Assembly (NCBI GenBank): GCA_963718895.1
Contig: CAVRAG010000008.1
Coordinates: 640,001 to 704,000 of the forward strand
Origin: an uncultured Nitrososphaerota archaeon
GTDB lineage: Archaea > Thermoproteota > Nitrososphaeria > Nitrososphaerales > Gagatemarchaeaceae
Direction: 5' to 3'
Length of the DNA: 64,000 nt
Of this stretch, positions 57,739 to 64,000 are shown in pieces (within the stretch, counting starts at the first letter, position 1; every line of letters begins with the position of its first letter). Made by a program: the position numbers and the translations under genes. The notes beneath the pieces are model-generated. The model was not told the DNA's origin. It ran no database searches and worked only from the letters and a program-made list of their open reading frames with translations.

Positions 57739-58644
57739 GTGATCGCCTCCAAGGTCTCCGAAGGGGTCTACATCATCGACACGTTCGCGCTCGGCCAACC
57801 CGGTTCCGTCGCTGCCTACGTCCTCAAGGGGTCCAAGGTCGCCCTCGTCGACTGCGGCTACGCAACATCATCGAAGACGGTGCTGGAAGGATTGAAGGAG
57901 CTCGGGATCCCTCCATCCGGGGTCGACTTCATCGTACCGACGCACGTCCATCTGGACCACGCCGGCGGCGCTGGAGAGCTCGCCAGACAGATGACCGGGG
58001 CCACCGTCCTAGCCCAAGAGCGGGGCGTCCCCCATCTCGTCGACCCGACCCGCCTGATCCAGAGCGCGACCAGCGTGTTCGGGGAGGCGACGATCAATGC
58101 CTACGGGAGGCCTACCGGCATAGACAGAGAGAGAATCATCCCAGTCGGGGAGGAGCTGCACGTCGAGCTCGGAGGGCTCTCTTTCACGGCTCTGCACTCG
58201 CCCGGACACGCCCCTCACCAGATCTCGGTCTTCATCGAGGAGACCAAGGTCCTCATCACGGCCGACGCGGTCGGGGCGGTCTATCCCACCGTGCCCATCG
58301 TGATGCCGGTGACCCCTCCGCCGAGCCTCGACCCGTCTGAGCTCGGCAGGACCACCGATCATCTGGGACAGCTTGGCGCTCGGACGCTGCTCGCGCCCCA
58401 CTTCGGGGTCAGGGCAGACGTCGACCATGTCCTGGAGGCGACGAAGAGGAAGACCAGCGAGTGGGTCGCCAGCCTGAGACCTCTCAGGCAGGCCGGAGCC
58501 TCGCTCGACGAAGCGGCCGCTTTGCTGAAGAGAATGGTGTCCAGCGAATCCGGGATTCGCGAGAAGGACTTCCCCTCGTATGCCGACACCTCAATCAGGG
58601 TCAGCGCGATGGGGATCCTCCACTACCTCGAGAAGAACCCCTAG
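57739..58644 (+). CDS. MBL-fold metallo-hydrolase
   Basis: THVHLDHAGG, PGHAPH, TADA, PHFG. Confidence 0.92.
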   Translation: MIASKVSEGVYIIDTFALGQPGSVAAYVLKGSKVALVDCGYATSSKTVLEGLKELGIPPSGVDFIVPTHVHLDHAGGAGELARQMTGATVLAQERGVPHLVDPTRLIQSATSVFGEATINAYGRPTGIDRERIIPVGEELHVELGGLSFTALHSPGHAPHQISVFIEETKVLITADAVGAVYPTVPIVMPVTPPPSLDPSELGRTTDHLGQLGARTLLAPHFGVRADVDHVLEATKRKTSEWVASLRPLRQAGASLDEAAALLKRMVSSESGIREKDFPSYADTSIRVSAMGILHYLEKNP

Positions 58645-58679
58645 AGAACTTTAAGTGACTTTCGGGAGCTTGCTCGGCC

Positions 58680-59201
58680 ATGGCCACGGAGAGGAGGTTC
58701 GCAGCATTCAGCAAGAAGGCCGTCCCGCCGAGGATGAGGAAGATGCCCGATGGGGGGATGTGCATCTCGGCGTTCGTGATCATCTCGAAACGCAGCGAAC
58801 CGGGCAGCGTGCTCATGGGCAAGATAGACAAGAACGCGAACTGGGACCACATCGGCGCCCTGGACCCCAAGAGGGTCGAGCGCCTGAGGACAGGATGGAT
58901 GCTCCCGTCCTCCCACCTTATGCTCTACGAGACCCCCGAGGGAGCCGCCCGGAGGATACTGAGGGAGCAGCTGAACATCCGCGGGATGAAGCTCGACGGC
59001 CCCCTGACGTTCGTGGACACCTCCGGCACCGAGAACCACTGGGACATCGGATTCATCTACACCGGGACCCGCGATCTGCCTCCCAAGAGCCCCGCCTGGC
59101 GCGAGCTCCGCTTCGTGAGGCCCGGCGAGCTCAAGAGCGAGGAGGTCGTCCGTTCCCAGGTCGACGTCCTGGCCTACGCCGGGAAGCGCAAGACCCAGTA
59201 G
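58680..59201 (+). CDS. NUDIX-like hydrolase
   Basis: WMLPSSHL..YETPEGAARRILREQL (degenerate Nudix box). Confidence 0.7.
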   Translation: MATERRFAAFSKKAVPPRMRKMPDGGMCISAFVIISKRSEPGSVLMGKIDKNANWDHIGALDPKRVERLRTGWMLPSSHLMLYETPEGAARRILREQLNIRGMKLDGPLTFVDTSGTENHWDIGFIYTGTRDLPPKSPAWRELRFVRPGELKSEEVVRSQVDVLAYAGKRKTQ

Positions 59202-59250
59202 CGGGCGGGTTCAGGAAGCCTTATGCGGACCCGGGAGGCGCCAGGCCCGT

Positions 59251-60519
59251 TTGCGCAGCGCCCCTCCCGTCGACAAGTGGCGAGTCTTGGCGTTCACGTC
59301 CCTGGGTCACATGATAAACGACGGGTGGACCATGTTCCTACCCCTCGTCGCCGACATCGTCTCCAACGAGAAGCAGACCCTGCCCATCGTCGTAACGCTG
59401 ATCCTCGTCTCCTTCTACTCCTCATCGGCGCTCCTGAACTTCCTCGTGGGCCACCTGGCAGACCGGGGAGGTTCCCAGGGAAGTATCCTCGCGAGGGGCA
59501 TCGCCATCCTCTCGTTGGCGTTTCTCGGCTTCGCCCTGGCACTCGTCGCGCCGAGCAACGGCCTCCTCTACTTTCTCGTCGCAGCGGTCGCGATACTCGT
59601 GGGGCTGGGCAGCGCGTCATTCCACCCCATAGGAGCCGCGATACTGCAGACCTCCTTTGGGCCGGGGGACAGCGGGAAAGCGCTGGGTTTCAATGGGGCC
59701 CTCGGTCAGATAGGATCCGCTGTCTTCCCTCCCCTCTTCTTCGCGTTGGTGATAGTCTTCGGGGAGGACGGGGCGCTCGGGATCGACCAGGAGTACGCGC
59801 TAGCGCTCGTGACCATGTCCGTCATCGGGCTCGCCGCGGCATCGATAATCTGGAGGGGCATGCGAGGCTACGGGGTCCCCGGCGACCAGGCCGAGGGCCG
59901 GAGACGCAGCAGCATGAGGGCGGCCCTCACCAGGGGCATCGTGGTGCTCACTGTGATAACGGCCGTGCGCTCGATCGCCAACACCGGGATCTCGGCGTGG
60001 CTGCCCACGTACATCACGAAGGTCAAGGGGGAGGGGGTCGGCTCGCTCCTGGGCATAACGCTCGCCGTGATGTACCTCGGAGCGATCCCGGGCCAGCTCG
60101 TCTTCGGAACGCTGGTCGAGAGGCTCGACAAGAGATACGTCCTCGGGGTGAGCTCAGCGGGAGCCGCCCTCGGGATACTGGGCTACATCAACACCACGGG
60201 CTACCTAGCCATGGGGTTCATCGCGGTCTTCGGGTTCTTCTGCTTCAGCTCCTTCCCGACGCTCCTCAGCCTCGCCTCCGACTACGTCCCGCGCTCGTCG
60301 TGGTCGGCCGCGAACGGGTTCGTCTGGGGGCTGGGGATAATGGGAGGTAACGTCTTCGGGCCCGCGCTGACTCAGGTGATCATAGGTGAGGACTACTCGC
60401 GGCTGACCTTCGCATTCATCGTATTGGCGGCAATCGGTCTTGTAGGGGCCTTGGTGACGCCGCTGCTCGCCAACCCGAAGAGAACGCCCGAGGCGCCCTC
60501 AGAAAAAAGAGGTGGATGA
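59251..60519 (+). CDS. MFS transporter (Fsr-like)
   Basis: HMIND, GHLADR, SASFHP; about 12 TM helices. Confidence 0.92.
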   Translation: MRSAPPVDKWRVLAFTSLGHMINDGWTMFLPLVADIVSNEKQTLPIVVTLILVSFYSSSALLNFLVGHLADRGGSQGSILARGIAILSLAFLGFALALVAPSNGLLYFLVAAVAILVGLGSASFHPIGAAILQTSFGPGDSGKALGFNGALGQIGSAVFPPLFFALVIVFGEDGALGIDQEYALALVTMSVIGLAAASIIWRGMRGYGVPGDQAEGRRRSSMRAALTRGIVVLTVITAVRSIANTGISAWLPTYITKVKGEGVGSLLGITLAVMYLGAIPGQLVFGTLVERLDKRYVLGVSSAGAALGILGYINTTGYLAMGFIAVFGFFCFSSFPTLLSLASDYVPRSSWSAANGFVWGLGIMGGNVFGPALTQVIIGEDYSRLTFAFIVLAAIGLVGALVTPLLANPKRTPEAPSEKRGG

Positions 60520-60550
60520 TCCCACGACCGGCGTGGGATCGAGGCGGGAC

Positions 60551-62218
60551 CTACTCGAAGTCGCCGCCGCCCATGCCGCCCATTCCTCCTCCGCCGGGCG
60601 GCCCGGATGGGCCCTTGGACTTGCCGGAAGCGATGACGTCGTCGATCCTTAGTATCATGCATGCGGCCTCTGTGGCCGACCTGATGATCTGCTCCTTCAC
60701 GGCGAGCGGCTCGATGACGTTCTCTCTGTGCATGTCCATCACCTTGGCTTGCTTCGCTTCGATTCCGAACCACTTCCCGCCCTCGGCGTGCTTCGCCCTT
60801 ATCTCGACCATCGTGTCGATAGGGTCGAGGCCGGCATTGGTCGCAAGCGCGATCGGAATCGTCTCCAGGGCCTCCGCGAACTTCTGGGCTGCGAGCTGCT
60901 CCCTGCCCGAGAGGGTGTCCGTCCACTTCAGGATTCTCGTGGCCATCTCCGCCTCGGGGGCGCCTCCGCCCGCGACTATCGCAGGCTTCTCGATGACATC
61001 CTTGGTCACCATGAGCGCATCGTGCAGCGAGCGGTCAGCCTCATCGACGATCCTCTGTGTCCCTCCCCTGACGAGGATGGTTACCGCCTTCGGGTTCTTG
61101 GTGCCCTCGATAAAGACCCACTTGTCCTGCTCCACCTTGCGCTCTTCGACCAGGGCTGCGAAGCCCAGGTCCTTCGAGGAGAGGTCCTCGAAGTTGTTCG
61201 CGATGCGAGCTCCGGTTGCCTTTGCGAGGTTGGTCATGTCGCTCTCCTTGACACGCCTCACGGCGAGGATCCCTGCCTTGGAGAGGTAGTGTTGGGCGAT
61301 GTCGTCGAGGCCCTTCTGACAGATCAGCACGTTGGCACCGATGGCCACGACCTTGTCCACCATCTCCTTCAGCATGTGCGTCTCCTCGTCGAGGAACTTC
61401 TTCATCATCGAGGGGTCGCTGATGTTCAGCTTCGCGTCGAACTCGGTCTTCTCGATCTCGAAGGCCGCGTTTACAATCGCGATCTTTGCGTTCTCGATGC
61501 GCCTCGGCATGCCCGAGTGAGCGACTTCCTTGTCGAGCACGAAGCCCATGACGAGCTTGGTGTCCTTGAGAGAGCCCCCGGGCTTCTTCTCCACCTTGAT
61601 GTTGCTGATGTCCACCTTGTAGGTCGTACCCGTCTTCTCAGCTACCTGAGTGGCGGCGGCGACTACTATCTCCGCAAGGTCCTGCGCCTCGCGTGACACC
61701 AGCTTGGTCTGCATGCTGGTCCTTGCTATCTTGATGAGCCATTCCTTGTTGGTCGGAGGGATCTTCTCTGCGAACTCTTCCAAGAATTCGACGGCCTTCC
61801 GGGCCGCCTTGTTGTATCCCTCGACGATCACGGTGGGGTGGACGCCCTTGTCAATCAGCTCCTCGGCCTTCTCGAGCAGCGCTCCTGCGAGTATGACCGC
61901 AGAGGTGGTCCCGTCACCGACCTCGTTGTCGGTCGCCTTCGAGACCTCGACGAGCATCTTGGCGGCGGGGTGCTGGACGTCGATCTCCTTGAGCATGGTC
62001 GCGCCGTCGTTGGTGATGGTCACGTCGCCCAGCGAGTCGACGAGCATCTTGTCCATGCCGCGGGGACCCACCGAGGTCTTGACGATCTCGGCGATCAGCT
62101 TCGCTGCCGCGATGTTGTTCCGCTGTGCTTCCTTGCCCGACGACTTGTTGCTCCCTTCCTTCAGTATGAGAACGGGGGTGCCCCCAGAAGTCATTGCGGG
62201 AATAGCTGTTGTTGACAT
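60551..62218 (-). CDS. Thermosome (group II chaperonin) subunit
   Basis: GPRGMDKM, TNDGATM, GDGTTS, GGGAPE, ILRIDD, GGM tail. Confidence 0.98.
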   Translation of the reverse strand: MSTTAIPAMTSGGTPVLILKEGSNKSSGKEAQRNNIAAAKLIAEIVKTSVGPRGMDKMLVDSLGDVTITNDGATMLKEIDVQHPAAKMLVEVSKATDNEVGDGTTSAVILAGALLEKAEELIDKGVHPTVIVEGYNKAARKAVEFLEEFAEKIPPTNKEWLIKIARTSMQTKLVSREAQDLAEIVVAAATQVAEKTGTTYKVDISNIKVEKKPGGSLKDTKLVMGFVLDKEVAHSGMPRRIENAKIAIVNAAFEIEKTEFDAKLNISDPSMMKKFLDEETHMLKEMVDKVVAIGANVLICQKGLDDIAQHYLSKAGILAVRRVKESDMTNLAKATGARIANNFEDLSSKDLGFAALVEERKVEQDKWVFIEGTKNPKAVTILVRGGTQRIVDEADRSLHDALMVTKDVIEKPAIVAGGGAPEAEMATRILKWTDTLSGREQLAAQKFAEALETIPIALATNAGLDPIDTMVEIRAKHAEGGKWFGIEAKQAKVMDMHRENVIEPLAVKEQIIRSATEAACMILRIDDVIASGKSKGPSGPPGGGGMGGMGGGDFE

Positions 62219-62243
62219 ATTGTTCCTATAACACCACGCCAAC

Positions 62244-62270
62244 TATACAACTTCGAGTTGTATATAAAAA
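62244..62270 (-). promoter_or_regulatory. Thermosome promoter: TATA box overlapping a 9-bp-arm palindrome
   Basis: TATACAACT-TCG-AGTTGTATA (62244-62264); - strand TTTTTATATA (62261-62270) preceded by BRE-like CCGAA. Confidence 0.7.
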
Positions 62271-62358
62271 ATTCGGATTGAGCTCACCTCGGGCGTATGG
62301 GGGCCACGCTCGGGCGGGACCAGACCCTAATAATGCCCTTCCCGCCTGACCGCGCCGC

Positions 62359-63660
62359 TTGAGTTTCGGCACCATCCAATCCTATGTCGCCCTTGTCATC
62401 TTTGGTGCCACCTACGCAGCCCTGATCCTCAGAAACGTGCGGAGGACCCCGGTGCCGATCTGGCTGATCTTCCTCGCGGGGGCCGCTGCCATGGTTCTCT
62501 CAGGTTCGATCGGGGTGTCCGACGCCTACGCCGCGGTGAACCTTCAGGTGATAGTCTTCCTGTTCAGCATGTTCGTCCTGGTGACCGCCCTGGACATCTC
62601 CGGCGCACTGGAGGCGTTCGCAGGTAGTATACTCCGCAGGGCGAGGAGACCGCAGGACGTCCTCTACCTCAGCTTCTTCGGGTTCGCTCTGCTCTCCATG
62701 GTTCTCATGAACGATACGCTGGCGCTGATGGGGACGCCGATCATGATCTCTCTCGCAAAGAGGATGAAGATGAACGCAAAGCCGCTCCTGCTGACGCTGG
62801 CCTTCGCCGTTACCGCGGGCAGCGCCGCGACCCCGATGGGCAACCCGCAGAACCTCCTGATTGCCGTCTCAAGCGGTCTCAGCGCTCCGGTGCTCCAGTT
62901 CGCCTACTATCTTCTGATCCCAGTCCTGATTGACCTCGTTCTGACCGCCCTGGCGCTCAGGTTCATCTTTAGGAAGGAGATCGATAACCTCTCCGTCCCC
63001 GCCCCTGCCGGACTAGGAGAATCGGGGGACGCCCGGAGAGATGTTCCCCTCGCCCGGAAGGCAACGGGAGTGGTGATTCTCACGATGTCGGGGATACTCC
63101 TCGTCAACGCCGTTGCCATCTTCGGCGTCCATGAGCCCTTCGGCATTAGCGAGGTGTCGCTCTTCGGAGCCGTCCTGCTCCTCGGGATCAGCGGGAAGGG
63201 GCGAGAGATCCTCGAGAGGCTCGACTGGGGGATTCTTGTCCTCTTCGCGGCCCTCTTCGTGCTCATGCAGGCGGTCTCTGACAACGGAATAATATCCTAC
63301 GTCGCCGGTTATCTCCCGTCGATAAGTGCTGCACACCCTGCGGCCGCAGTGGCTTCTATTCTTTCAACGTCGGTCGTCCTGAGTCAGATCCTCAGCAACG
63401 TGCCGATGGTCGCTCTGTATCTTCCGCTGATGAAGACGCTCGGGTTCACTTCAAGCTCCGCCTATGCGTGGGCCTCCCTCGCCGGTGGGAGCACGCTGGC
63501 GGGCAATCTGACACTTCTGGGTGCCGCGAGCAACCTGATAATCGCGCAGGGAGCGGAGAAGCACGGCTACCGACTCGGATTCTTCGAATTCATGAAGGTG
63601 GGAGCGCTGCTCACCGTGTTGGATGTGGCCGTCCTGTACGTCTACCTGCTGATCGTCTGA
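62359..63660 (+). CDS. SLC13/ArsB-NhaD family anion permease
   Basis: MNDT, GSAATPMGNPQNLLI, SNVP, STLAGNLTLLGAASNLI. Confidence 0.9.
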   Translation: MSFGTIQSYVALVIFGATYAALILRNVRRTPVPIWLIFLAGAAAMVLSGSIGVSDAYAAVNLQVIVFLFSMFVLVTALDISGALEAFAGSILRRARRPQDVLYLSFFGFALLSMVLMNDTLALMGTPIMISLAKRMKMNAKPLLLTLAFAVTAGSAATPMGNPQNLLIAVSSGLSAPVLQFAYYLLIPVLIDLVLTALALRFIFRKEIDNLSVPAPAGLGESGDARRDVPLARKATGVVILTMSGILLVNAVAIFGVHEPFGISEVSLFGAVLLLGISGKGREILERLDWGILVLFAALFVLMQAVSDNGIISYVAGYLPSISAAHPAAAVASILSTSVVLSQILSNVPMVALYLPLMKTLGFTSSSAYAWASLAGGSTLAGNLTLLGAASNLIIAQGAEKHGYRLGFFEFMKVGALLTVLDVAVLYVYLLIV

Positions 63661-63665
63661 CCGAG

Positions 63666-63956
63666 TCAGTCTGTCTTCTTCAGTTGCTTCTCGATCGCGG
63701 TCGCGAGCTTGATGTCGAGCGGTGTCACCCCGCCTTCGTCGTGCGTCTGGATCTCGAGGCGGACGGCCGTCCACCGGATGTGGATGTCTGGGTGGTGCTC
63801 GAGCTTCTCGGCGATGGCGGCGATCTCGTTCACAAACTCGATCCCGCCCATGAACTCGTCGAACTCGAAGGTCTTCGTGATGAAGCGGCCCTTCCTCTTC
63901 CATCCCGGGAGCGCGCGAATATTCTCGTCGACTTGGACCGCCGTCAGTCGCGTCAT
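63666..63956 (-). CDS. phhB: Pterin-4-alpha-carbinolamine dehydratase
   Basis: AEKLEHHPDI, THDEGGVT.LDI.LA. Confidence 0.93.
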   Translation of the reverse strand: MTRLTAVQVDENIRALPGWKRKGRFITKTFEFDEFMGGIEFVNEIAAIAEKLEHHPDIHIRWTAVRLEIQTHDEGGVTPLDIKLATAIEKQLKKTD

Positions 63957-64000
63957 GGACCTTGCGCTTCGGGGGAGAGATTAAAGGCAATCGGAAGGCA

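Noticed and set aside
57739-58644. MBL hydrolase as an AHL lactonase partnering lsrK/F in quorum quenching
   Set aside because: HxHxDH is generic and this subfamily is common in archaea; no lactonase-specific evidence
1-64000. CRISPR arrays, cas genes, transposases, integrases, rRNA, and the many long antisense or overlapping ORFs
   Set aside because: No spaced direct repeats or diagnostic motifs seen; the shadow ORFs are explained by high GC3 codon bias of genes on the opposite strand

Overview
High-GC archaeal chromosomal segment. The CdvB/ESCRT-III paralog, thermosome, geranylgeranyl reductases, BHB-type tRNA introns and NuoD style point to a non-ammonia-oxidising Nitrososphaerota (Thaumarchaeota) lineage; this placement is an inference. 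Contents: complex I genes split into nuoABCD and nuoH blocks about 18.7 kb apart; a 378-aa LAGLIDADG intein inserted between the tandem Fe-S-ligand cysteines of NuoB; two free-standing HTH-LAGLIDADG genes (one intact behind a compact structured element, one decayed and divergent from tRNA-Leu); two intron-containing tRNAs; a methyltransferase islet bounded by a degenerate copy of the tRNA-Arg 3' end; a metal-transport locus; housekeeping genes; and a ~13 kb catabolic cluster. That cluster has bacterial-type lsrK and lsrF (AI-2/DPD catabolism), lacks lsrG and lsrABCD in this window, and holds two SDR paralogs sharing a perfect 86-bp inverted repeat. Several genes (bactofilin-like, Gfo/Idh/MocA, polX) carry single-base frameshifts that look like consensus errors. 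All functional calls come from motif recognition by eye, not database searches.
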